Below, piece after piece: positions 25,095 through 33,960 of a stretch of 41,420 bases of DNA (positions are counted from its first letter, which is position 1; each line of letters begins with the position of its first letter). The notes under the pieces were generated by a model. That model made no database searches and was not told the origin of the DNA. It saw only the letters and a list, made by a program, of their open reading frames with translations. The stretch spans positions 1-41,420 of the forward strand of contig BOLA01000002.1 of the NCBI GenBank assembly GCA_016861265.1, given 5' to 3'. Made by a program: the position numbers and the translations under genes. This DNA is from Patescibacteria group bacterium (lineage in GTDB: Bacteria > Patescibacteriota > Dojkabacteria > J137).

Positions 25095-26957
25095 TTACTT
25101 AGATTCATATACTTTCATTGATATTCCATCAAATTTTTTTGTCGTTTCCTCAACTCCTTTTAACTTTAATCTTTTCAGTGTCGACTTATAATTATGATAT
25201 TGAAAGTGATACTTGCATATCTTACTCATATACCTTGCTGGAATTACTCCGTGCAGATCAATCTTATCTTCTACCATTGCAGCAATATCTGTTTTCAATC
25301 CCATATCCTTTTCTGGTTCAGTGATTGGAAATATTTCATCAAGCAGAAAATAACTCGCATCCTTCGCTTTTAATCTTTCAGCAAATTCTTCGTATTCATC
25401 TTTTGATAATGCTTTCAATATGTTCTTTGCTTCTGTTTCAATTGGATGATTTGCAAGCTCCCTATCGTAATCTAATTTGAAAATAATATTTGCAAATTCC
25501 GAGAGTTCAGCTTTTATATCAGGTTCAAGATCCTTGAGGCTTTTATAGATAGTTAACTCACTTACCTTCTTTGCATTATCATTTCTAATTACATTAAATC
25601 TCCTGTCTTCATCATCCAGAAATATTGGATGTTCACTGTTCGAGAATAAAATGAAATTCATAAAGTTGCTTGTTTGAAATGTATCAACACCCTTTATTTC
25701 AATGCTCTGGTATGGAGCAGTAATTAAATCCTTTAACGATTCCTTGCGATGAAGATTTTCTTTAGCATTACCTGCACTAAAAACTTCATTGTATCCTCGC
25801 AGAAAACAATTCATATCAATCTTATTAAAGTTTTTTGCGATTCTGCTGCCATTCATTAACTGAGATTGTTTTTCACCAAATAGCGGCATTAATATTCTGA
25901 TAAATAATAAATCTTTGCCAATGCCCTGCACATTAGAAGTAATTAACCACGCTGTGTATGACTTTACTCTTGCCTGTAGAATGAATGCAATCCAGTTCAG
26001 AAATCTTTCAAGATATTCTTTCTGACCAAAGATGTTAATCATAATTTCATATATAACTTTACATCTCTTCTCTAATTCAGAAACAACTTGATTCAAGGCA
26101 AGGGGTAGTAAGGTAGTATAATCCTTTTTCATATACTCACTCTCTTCAAACAAATTATAATATTTATCATTCAAACCTCCGTGCAAGCCCGGATTAAATA
26201 TTATTTCTCTTCTCGGTAAATAAGAACGAATATTCGGATCAATGTTTTTCTGCATACAGTAATTATCAAAATCAGCTGCATTCTTGAATATGTAAAGAGG
26301 ACCATCACCATTATAACTTTCATACCCGATCATTGACGGACCACCAACAGACTCATTCCAGAATAATTTACTCTTTGCTGCATCTATCTCTTTACTATCC
26401 TGCCAATAGGTTTTGCTTTCTGATGAACAGAAAATATAATACTGCCCAACATCATTGATATCAATGAATGCATTATGTGTATGCGGATGTGTTCTCTTTG
26501 AATGATCGCAGTAAGGACAGAATATTTTTGTTTTACCTGAAATATTTCTAACCTTCTCCCTTGTAACACCATCTTCAAGAGTAACTTCATCATCAAGTGA
26601 AATTGTTATCTCTTCTTTTTTTGGTCTTCCTGGTTTTTTCTTTTTTATTTTTAATTTTTCATCGTCCCAAAAATTTAGAGATAAAAAGTTCATTGCTTTT
26701 TTTCTTCTTAATCTGTTTAGAGATGTATTCACAGTTATCTGGTAAATCCAGGTTGATAGTTTGGAATCTGCTCGAAAAGAATTGATGGAATTGAAAACTT
26801 TAATGAAAACATCCTGAGTAACTTCCTCGGCATCTTCATTATTGCCGGTCATACGAAAGCAAACGCTATAAACCATACGGGAATATTGGTCATATACATA
26901 TTTGTATATAAACTCATCACCGCTTTTAAGGTTTTCAATTATCTTTGCTTCTTCCAT
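25095..26957 (-). CDS. Chimeric ORF: ECF sigma-70 region 2 (about aa 1-100) fused in frame to the Zn-finger + D5/DUF5906-type SF3 helicase part of a phage/plasmid primase
   Basis: N-terminus EDAEEVTQDVFIKVF...FRADSKLSTWIYQITVNTSLNRLRR is sigma region 2; then CPYCDH...FC; ERFLNWIAFILQ, Walker A QGIGKD, YNEV (Walker B), NFMNFILFSN, DRRFNV. Confidence 0.8.
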   Translation of the reverse strand: MEEAKIIENLKSGDEFIYKYVYDQYSRMVYSVCFRMTGNNEDAEEVTQDVFIKVFNSINSFRADSKLSTWIYQITVNTSLNRLRRKKAMNFLSLNFWDDEKLKIKKKKPGRPKKEEITISLDDEVTLEDGVTREKVRNISGKTKIFCPYCDHSKRTHPHTHNAFIDINDVGQYYIFCSSESKTYWQDSKEIDAAKSKLFWNESVGGPSMIGYESYNGDGPLYIFKNAADFDNYCMQKNIDPNIRSYLPRREIIFNPGLHGGLNDKYYNLFEESEYMKKDYTTLLPLALNQVVSELEKRCKVIYEIMINIFGQKEYLERFLNWIAFILQARVKSYTAWLITSNVQGIGKDLLFIRILMPLFGEKQSQLMNGSRIAKNFNKIDMNCFLRGYNEVFSAGNAKENLHRKESLKDLITAPYQSIEIKGVDTFQTSNFMNFILFSNSEHPIFLDDEDRRFNVIRNDNAKKVSELTIYKSLKDLEPDIKAELSEFANIIFKLDYDRELANHPIETEAKNILKALSKDEYEEFAERLKAKDASYFLLDEIFPITEPEKDMGLKTDIAAMVEDKIDLHGVIPARYMSKICKYHFQYHNYKSTLKRLKLKGVEETTKKFDGISMKVYESK

Positions 26958-27073
26958 TTAGTTTTGCCGCAAATCCAGATTGTTGTATTAGCTTAAAAAA
27001 TAAGGTTCTATTATTAAACAAGTTTCTGAACGTTATTGTTTAACAAATAAAAAGAATTAGATGTCTTGCCGAA

Positions 27074-29350
27074 TCAAAACTTCGCCGTAAACCCAATAAT
27101 AGGCATAATTCCAAAATCATATCGCGGCTCTGTGGTTATTGTACCGTCCTTAGTGGTTTTGAATGAATATGAAACAACATTATCTCTGTTGTACACATTC
27201 CACAAATCGAGGTAAACGGAAAACGACCAGTTATCAAATACAAATTGTTTATCAATGCGAAGATCTAATTTGTGGTAATCGGGGTAATGTGCGGAATTAT
27301 TCTCGCCGTCAATTACATAAAAGATATTATCTATTTCAGTTACACCGGTTACCGGCGTGTACGGGTGGCCGGAAGCATATTGAAACTTTGCTCCAATCTG
27401 CCAGCCGGCTCCCATCTCAAGACCAAAAATCAAATTCAAAATGTGCGGTCTATCATATTCAAAGTCATACAGCGATGCTAATTCATAATCCCTTCTTTTA
27501 GAAATTGAATAAGAATAAGAAGCGCTTCCGACAAAACCATCAGTAAATTTCTTTTGAAGCGAGAATTCAATTCCTTGAGCATAACCGCTTCCGGTATTGA
27601 TTAATAGGTTCGAACTATCAGGATCTACTATCAAGCTCGAAAGCTCTTTATGATAAATTTCAATACCCGCTTTTGTATCCAATCCCAAACGGTATTCTAC
27701 TCCGGCAATGTAATGATCGGCGTAACTGCTGTTCAACAAAAGATTTCGTTCATCAGGTGCTATTTCATAACTTGCCGGCGATTGATAATACCTTCCCAGG
27801 GCAAAGTTCAGCCGCGTTCTTTCGGATAAATTGTACGATAGAGAAATTCGAGGACTAAAATTATTTTCATTTGTTAACGAAAAATAATCGTAACGCAATC
27901 CGGCAGAGATCACTAACGGATCAACAATACGGAAAGATGACTGCAGAAAAAACATCGACTTAAATTCAGCATCGGGTTGATAAGAAATTATACTTGCGGG
28001 AATAATTGTTCCCTCCCGGGTTGTATCGGCAGGGCTCCAGGATTCATTATGAGAATTGATCACTTTAAATTGTCCACCAAGTTTCAAATTTAATTTCGGT
28101 GAAAACTGATAGTTAAATTCAGACTTCAAACTGAATTCATCTTCGCGAATATCTTCGCCCAGTAAATCACGGTTTAATTCTGTACCTTGAATTGTATTCC
28201 AGCCGTTGCTTGTGTAAGAAGCCGTAACTAACGAGAATGCTTTTTCTGAAATGAGCGAGCGCCAATTAATTCCGATTGCAGCGCCGTAATCATCGCGTGT
28301 CAAATAGTCGAAACGATTCCAACTGTATGTTTCACCTTTCTCAATTCCGGTTCGTTCAATTTGATCTACATAATAAAATCCCACGAGACTTATTCTGTTG
28401 TCTTTATTCAAATCAAAAGAAGTTTTTCCGACTGCATCATAATAGTTCGGTGCTACAGGTTTGTCAAGAAGTGAAGTTATCAAATCGAAATAACCTCGTC
28501 TAAGAGAAAATACCATATTAGTATTTTCGGCAACAGGTCCATCCATCGTTATGCCGAAACCGGCTATATTTAAATTTGCATCGGTATTCATAGTTTCTTT
28601 GTTGCCCTCTTTTAGAGTCATATCAAAAACAGATGACATTTTAACTCCGTACTTAGCCGGGAAACCTCCGGTTAAGAAATCAACTTTTTGAAGCAGTGCT
28701 GGATTAACTATGCTTATTACACCCATTGATTCACCAGTTCTGGCAAAATGTATCGGGTTATATACTTCAATATTATCAAGCAGGGTTAGATTTTCTTCCG
28801 GGCTTCCGCCTCGTACAATTAATTGTGCGCTTTTTGTGCCTGCTGTTGCAACGCCTGGCATTGACTGCATAACTCTAAAAATGTCTTCCGCAGAACCAGG
28901 CGATCTTCTTATTTCTTCGGGTGATATTGTTCTGAAACTGACTGGATTTTCATCCGGATTTGCAAAATAATCCGCTGTTACTTTAACCTCGTCCATTTCC
29001 ATAGCAGCAGAATTAAGTTCAAAATTTACCGATTGATTTCTATTAGGATTTATGTTTAACTCTGTTATCACTGAAGATAAATAACCAATCATTGAAACTT
29101 TTAAAGAATATCTCCCAGGTACCACATCTTTTATAACGTAATAACCATTCTCATCACACGCCGAACCCTGATTTGTTCCATCAATTAATATGTTTGCACC
29201 TGGAAGTGGTTGTTTAGTTACAGCATCTCTTACTTCACCGGAAATTATTCCGGTTTTACTTTGGCTATTTATTTCATTTGTAAGGAATAGAAATACTGAA
29301 ATCGTTATTGCAATTAAGATTTTGGCGATGGCAAATGATTTTTTGTACAA
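27074..29350 (-). CDS. TonB-dependent receptor with an N-terminal carboxypeptidase-regulatory-like domain
   Basis: GEVRDAVTKQPLPGANI; plug RVMQSMPGV...LIVRGGSPEENLTLLDNIEVYNPIHF; KLDLRIDK...NVYNRDN; C-terminal F; TTG start. Confidence 0.9.
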   Translation of the reverse strand: MYKKSFAIAKILIAITISVFLFLTNEINSQSKTGIISGEVRDAVTKQPLPGANILIDGTNQGSACDENGYYVIKDVVPGRYSLKVSMIGYLSSVITELNINPNRNQSVNFELNSAAMEMDEVKVTADYFANPDENPVSFRTISPEEIRRSPGSAEDIFRVMQSMPGVATAGTKSAQLIVRGGSPEENLTLLDNIEVYNPIHFARTGESMGVISIVNPALLQKVDFLTGGFPAKYGVKMSSVFDMTLKEGNKETMNTDANLNIAGFGITMDGPVAENTNMVFSLRRGYFDLITSLLDKPVAPNYYDAVGKTSFDLNKDNRISLVGFYYVDQIERTGIEKGETYSWNRFDYLTRDDYGAAIGINWRSLISEKAFSLVTASYTSNGWNTIQGTELNRDLLGEDIREDEFSLKSEFNYQFSPKLNLKLGGQFKVINSHNESWSPADTTREGTIIPASIISYQPDAEFKSMFFLQSSFRIVDPLVISAGLRYDYFSLTNENNFSPRISLSYNLSERTRLNFALGRYYQSPASYEIAPDERNLLLNSSYADHYIAGVEYRLGLDTKAGIEIYHKELSSLIVDPDSSNLLINTGSGYAQGIEFSLQKKFTDGFVGSASYSYSISKRRDYELASLYDFEYDRPHILNLIFGLEMGAGWQIGAKFQYASGHPYTPVTGVTEIDNIFYVIDGENNSAHYPDYHKLDLRIDKQFVFDNWSFSVYLDLWNVYNRDNVVSYSFKTTKDGTITTEPRYDFGIMPIIGFTAKF

Positions 29351-29462
29351 TAAGTAAACTCCGTTTATGGTTTATAAATCATTTGACACACTTAAAGGTT
29401 AAAACTTGCGGTTTGTTTGATTTAAAGGAAATATAAAAAAGTTAAAATTTTACTTTATCATC

Positions 29463-30857
29463 TCAAAAAGCATGATCAACAAACATCTGCATGTAAAATC
29501 CTTCCTTGCTGTAAGCACCATCCATTCTTAAAATAAGGTTGTTCATAAAAATTCTTATACCGCCGCCGGCGCTCCATTTCATATCTGTGTGTAAAGTGGA
29601 GATGTTCCATTCGGGTGCAACTCTACCGGCTTCTGCAAATACAGCTAATTGAAGCCAGTGTACGTTTAATTTTTCAGTAACCGACCATAAATCAAATGGA
29701 TTCCAGTCAATTATATGCCTGTATTCGGCTCCATAATAAATTGCTGCTCTATCATTAAATCGTCCTTCGTAAAAAGCACGAAGCCTGTATCTCCCACCAA
29801 GATACGCGCCAGTATAAGGTGGCGGACGATGATATTGTTTGATTTCATTACCCTCCGGATCTAGTCCAACAACATCATAGCTGTCCCATGTCAGAGTGTT
29901 TACTGTCCAGAAATCAAATGCTAATACTTTTGGCAGCGAATTTTTATCGCAAAAAATTTCGTGAAGCGGTAAATACCATCTTAGATCTGTTTCTACAACA
30001 CTCCAGGGTGCCATAGTATCAAACCATCCGAAGTCTCTTCTAAAAGCAATTTTCTGAACGCTCCCGCGTGTTGGATTTACATAATAATCTGTATTCTCTC
30101 TTGTTAACGCAAATTCAATTCCGTTAGTAGCAAAGGCAACTCGTTTTCTATAAAATGGTTTTATATCTATAAAAGTTCTTCCACTTATAAATGGGTTCCA
30201 GTGTGTACCGCCCATCTCACCAGATTTTAAAATTCCGTTTTCTAATTTTGGTGAAAAGTAAACTTCATCTTTGCCATGCCCGATCGGAAGAAGAAATCTA
30301 AATTTAAGCTCATACCATTGGTCATTCCCGCTCACTTCCATATAATCATTTTTATCTGACTCGTTACTACCAGCCCGAAGTTTAGGATCATTTTCAATTA
30401 AAGTAGTTGGCGGATCTTTATAAACATTTAGTACACCGAAATATCCTCCTAATATATCGGGCGCGATGTAAAGCCTTGGATAAAATGGCAAATAGAATTC
30501 TTTGATTTGAATGAATCCGTATTTTGTTCCATTAGTACTAATTAATCCACCCATGTAAAGGGACATATTTTTTTGTGATAAACCCTGAACTCCCACAAAC
30601 CCGCCTGCAGCCCAACCAAATATTTCGCTATATAATGCAAACGGTAAAGCTGAGATTGTAATTTCATCCTTTTTTTGATTAAGTGAATCTTCAATAACTT
30701 CTTGCTTTAAATCATCATTTAGAATAACTGCTTCATTTGATTTGACAATATCTGATTGACTTTTAACTTCGACAGAAAAAAGTGAAATTAACAATAAGAG
30801 CAAGAAAACATTTTTTATTAGTCTCATATTAGCAATCAGTTTTATCATCATTTTCAT
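29463..30857 (-). CDS. Omp85 (BamA/TamA-family) barrel protein without POTRA domains
   Basis: Signal peptide; GGRYRLRAFYEGRFNDRAAIYYGAEYR, AGGGIRIF, LRMDGA, C-terminal ...VDHAF. Confidence 0.72.
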   Translation of the reverse strand: MKMMIKLIANMRLIKNVFLLLLLISLFSVEVKSQSDIVKSNEAVILNDDLKQEVIEDSLNQKKDEITISALPFALYSEIFGWAAGGFVGVQGLSQKNMSLYMGGLISTNGTKYGFIQIKEFYLPFYPRLYIAPDILGGYFGVLNVYKDPPTTLIENDPKLRAGSNESDKNDYMEVSGNDQWYELKFRFLLPIGHGKDEVYFSPKLENGILKSGEMGGTHWNPFISGRTFIDIKPFYRKRVAFATNGIEFALTRENTDYYVNPTRGSVQKIAFRRDFGWFDTMAPWSVVETDLRWYLPLHEIFCDKNSLPKVLAFDFWTVNTLTWDSYDVVGLDPEGNEIKQYHRPPPYTGAYLGGRYRLRAFYEGRFNDRAAIYYGAEYRHIIDWNPFDLWSVTEKLNVHWLQLAVFAEAGRVAPEWNISTLHTDMKWSAGGGIRIFMNNLILRMDGAYSKEGFYMQMFVDHAF

Positions 30858-30864
30858 TAATTAT

Positions 30865-32208
30865 TTAGTCTAAATATTCCAGTTCTTCGATTAAATGATT
30901 TGTTCCATTGGTATCCAAGTGCGTAACTGGTGATTCATTCATCAGTTTCCGCAAAGTATTTTTGAGTTTCATCATCTGAATAAAAAGATCATGTTCAGGA
31001 ACAATATTGGGCGAGTGCATAGGACTTTTGAAAAATACTGACATCCATTCTTGAATTCCGCTCATGTGGCTTCTGAGAGCAAGGTCGGCAAATAAAATTA
31101 AATCGAGTACAATCGGAGCTGCTAAGATAGAATCACGACATAGGAAATTTATTTTTAATTCCATTGGATAACCGAGCCAACCGAAAATATCTATGTTATC
31201 CCATCCCTCTTTATTATCCCCGCGAGGAGGATAATAATTTATTCTTACTTTATGATAGTATTCTGAATAAAGATCTTTATATAATTCTGGTTGTAAAATA
31301 GAATCGAGTACAGAGAGTTTGCTTTCTTCTTTGGTTTTGAATGATTCTGGATCGTCTAGAACCTCTCCGTCTCTATTGCCAAGAATGTTATTTGAAAACC
31401 ATCCATTTAAGCCTAACAGTCTCATTTTTAACATAGGTGCAATAACTGTTTTTATAAGTGTTTGCCCAGTCTTAAAATCTTTACCAGCTATAGGGACATT
31501 CATTTCTTTAGAAAACTCAACCATCGCCGGAATATCCACACTTAAGTTTGGCGAACCATTTATATAAGCCGCTTCTTCAGCAATCGATGCATATGCATAA
31601 AGCATGCTTGGAGAAATATCCGGATCATTTTGAATCATACCTTCAATAAATGATTCGGTAGATTGATGAACTGCTTTCTGTTCAATAAATATTTCTGTAC
31701 TTCCCGCCCAGATTACAACGACACGTTCGAGTGAATTCATTTCTTTAAATAACTGAATATCTTCTCTTAATTGCATCATAAGTTCAAATTTATTTTTTCC
31801 ACTCTTGACATATTCCCCATTCAATCGTTTTACATAATTTTGATCGAATACGCCGCGCATCGGTACAATATTCTGTAATTCATCTGAAACAATTTTCAGA
31901 TCTTTTTCATTAAGAACTTTTGCGTACTGTGCAGCTTCTAAACAATTTTCGTTTCGAATATCCCATCCCCCGAAGACTAAATCGTCTATAGACGTTAGTG
32001 GGACAAAGTCTTTTATTAATGGAAAATTATTATCACTTCTCTTTCCAGACCGGATGGTTCCCATTTGTGATAGTGACCCGATAGGTTTTGCCAATCCTTT
32101 TCGAATGGCAAAAACTCCGGCTAAAAAAGTTGTAGATACTGCGCCATTTAAACCGACGATTAGTACTCCTAATTTTCCATTCGGTTTTTTAATTTCATAT
32201 AATTCCAT
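30865..32208 (-). CDS. ino1: myo-inositol-1-phosphate synthase (Bacteroidota-type)
   Basis: GVLIVGLNGAVSTT, VFGGWDI, YINGSPN, GKDFKTGQTL, NILGNRDG, GDNKEGWD, CRDSILAAPIVLDL. Confidence 0.95.
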   Translation of the reverse strand: MELYEIKKPNGKLGVLIVGLNGAVSTTFLAGVFAIRKGLAKPIGSLSQMGTIRSGKRSDNNFPLIKDFVPLTSIDDLVFGGWDIRNENCLEAAQYAKVLNEKDLKIVSDELQNIVPMRGVFDQNYVKRLNGEYVKSGKNKFELMMQLREDIQLFKEMNSLERVVVIWAGSTEIFIEQKAVHQSTESFIEGMIQNDPDISPSMLYAYASIAEEAAYINGSPNLSVDIPAMVEFSKEMNVPIAGKDFKTGQTLIKTVIAPMLKMRLLGLNGWFSNNILGNRDGEVLDDPESFKTKEESKLSVLDSILQPELYKDLYSEYYHKVRINYYPPRGDNKEGWDNIDIFGWLGYPMELKINFLCRDSILAAPIVLDLILFADLALRSHMSGIQEWMSVFFKSPMHSPNIVPEHDLFIQMMKLKNTLRKLMNESPVTHLDTNGTNHLIEELEYLD

Positions 32209-32255
32209 TTTTCTCTCCTTGTATAATTTTTTAATAATTAAAATTCTTCTTTGAG

Positions 32256-32957
32256 TTAATTAAATTCTTTAAGAATAGGTGGCAATTCTTTTATGGATTT
32301 AATTATTTTATCTGCACTACCAATCTCATCTGGATTATTCCACCCCTTATTGTTAATCCAGATTGTATCACAACCCAGCAATTTGGCAGGTGCAATATCA
32401 TTACTATAAGAATCTCCAATCACAATGGCATCGGTTGGATTTACGCCCAATTCACTTAGAGCTGCCTCAAAAATTTTTCCATCAGGTTTTCTGATTCCTA
32501 TAACAGTCGAGTCAACAATTGAAGTAAAATATTTTTTTAGAGAAAGTTCTTTTAATACTGCTTCAACATTGCCGTAATAATTTGATACTAGTCCCAGTAG
32601 ATAACTTTGTTCCAGAGATTCAATTATTATTTTAGATGTGCTTACATTCTTAATTACTGATTTATGACAATATTCCTTAAGTTCACTTATGATCAGGCTA
32701 TAAATTGATGATAAATAAAACTTGTTTTGGAGATATTCCATTTGATATTTAAGCTGCGTTTCAAATGTTTGCCTCAAATTAAAATCTGTTTTGATAATCC
32801 CTGCACATTTTTTTTCAGAATAGATAAATGCTTCTCTAAAAATTTCTTTAGAAATAGGAATTTGAAAATGGTTATATGCTTCCCAAAATTTTTCACTCCA
32901 ATGGATTCCATCAGTATCAAGTGTTCCACCAAAATCAAATAAAAGTGCTTTTTTCAT
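32256..32957 (-). CDS. HAD-superfamily hydrolase
   Basis: LLFDFGGTLD, VSNYYGN, RKPDGKIF, IGDSYSNDI. Confidence 0.9.
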   Translation of the reverse strand: MKKALLFDFGGTLDTDGIHWSEKFWEAYNHFQIPISKEIFREAFIYSEKKCAGIIKTDFNLRQTFETQLKYQMEYLQNKFYLSSIYSLIISELKEYCHKSVIKNVSTSKIIIESLEQSYLLGLVSNYYGNVEAVLKELSLKKYFTSIVDSTVIGIRKPDGKIFEAALSELGVNPTDAIVIGDSYSNDIAPAKLLGCDTIWINNKGWNNPDEIGSADKIIKSIKELPPILKEFN

Positions 32958-33960
32958 AATTTACTTCAGTTAATAATTCTTGATTTGTTTTTTTTCCGCT
33001 TAATGCAATAAGGATAAGTCCGATTAATATCCAGAAAAGTTCTCGTATTCTGTTTACAAGGCCTACATAAATTCCAAGTGAGGAAGCTATATTTAAAGAC
33101 TCTAAAACCAGCACAAGCCCGCCCTCGCGTGATCCCAATTCTAAAGGCATAAAGAAAAATAGATTTATTATAAAAGCGGAAACAGCATTGATATACAATG
33201 CCTCATAAAAAGTAATATCGATTCCAATTGCCCGGAGAATAAATAAATATTCAAGTGAGCCGATAATGCGCGAAATAATTTCACTAAAGAGCGCTAAATA
33301 AAAATTCAGTTTTCGATTTAAATACAGATCGGTTATCTGGTCATCGATTATTTGTATTGATTCTTCTTTCTTAGAAAGCGGGCCGGTAACTCTGTTTATG
33401 AATGGGATTTTTAAAGTAATGTTAAATAAAGATTTTAATATCCCTTTTTTGTGGCGTGTAATAAAAAAATATGTTATTACTAAAAAGAAAACCAACGCAA
33501 TTATCAAGGATACCTTTGTTGCCATTGTAAGAGTTAGAGAAATGAGTACAAGAAAAATAATTAGTATCCAGAACATAAAAGACGAGAGAAAGTGAATCAT
33601 TGAATACAGGATAGTAGAAGAAACCGCCCTGCTTGTGCCCAGTTGTCCTTTTAGTTCTCCAATACGATATGGTTCACCACCCAGCCCAACAAATGGCGTA
33701 ATGTAATTGATTGCAAATCCGCTAATGGTTAAGGAAAATATTTTATGGAAAAGAATATTTTGCTTATTGTTTCCAATTATAAATCGCCAGGCAAGTGCGT
33801 TAAAAAAATAGACGAAAACCCATACACCAATTACGGGAATAAAATACCATCCGGTTTTATGAAGGTTGGATAAAATATTATCTAAACCAAAATCCCAAAC
33901 CAGGTATGTAAATATTGTAATACCAACAACAAATAAAATTATTTTAGACTTTTTACTCAT
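32935..33960 (-). CDS. UPF0104 / lysylphosphatidylglycerol-synthase-TM family flippase-like membrane protein
   Basis: GFAINYITPFVGLGGEPYR, PLELGSREGG, RIRELFW; multiple TM helices. Confidence 0.85.
   Translation of the reverse strand: MSKKSKIILFVVGITIFTYLVWDFGLDNILSNLHKTGWYFIPVIGVWVFVYFFNALAWRFIIGNNKQNILFHKIFSLTISGFAINYITPFVGLGGEPYRIGELKGQLGTSRAVSSTILYSMIHFLSSFMFWILIIFLVLISLTLTMATKVSLIIALVFFLVITYFFITRHKKGILKSLFNITLKIPFINRVTGPLSKKEESIQIIDDQITDLYLNRKLNFYLALFSEIISRIIGSLEYLFILRAIGIDITFYEALYINAVSAFIINLFFFMPLELGSREGGLVLVLESLNIASSLGIYVGLVNRIRELFWILIGLILIALSGKKTNQELLTEVNYEKSTFI

Larger units (their letters stand above)
23575..26660 (-). mobile_element. Remnant of a primase/helicase-type phage-satellite or integrative element (helicase C-terminus, iteron origin, small ORFs)
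   Basis: D5/DUF5906-type helicase, GGTAAC iteron array, tightly packed small hypothetical ORFs; both ends are mid-gene junctions; no integrase or structural genes. Confidence 0.65.

Noticed and set aside
16341-26785. Short alternative ORFs 16341-16532, 16921-17163, 17672-17914, 18195-18428, 19315-19512, 19374-19601, 21266-21487, 22785-23015, 23363-23632, 25118-25324, 26384-26596, 26597-26785
   Set aside because: They overlap stronger genes in another frame or strand and have no independent evidence
23575-26957. Intact prophage, ICE or autonomous plasmid
   Set aside because: No integrase, terminase, capsid, relaxase, T4SS or partition genes, and the primase catalytic domain is missing
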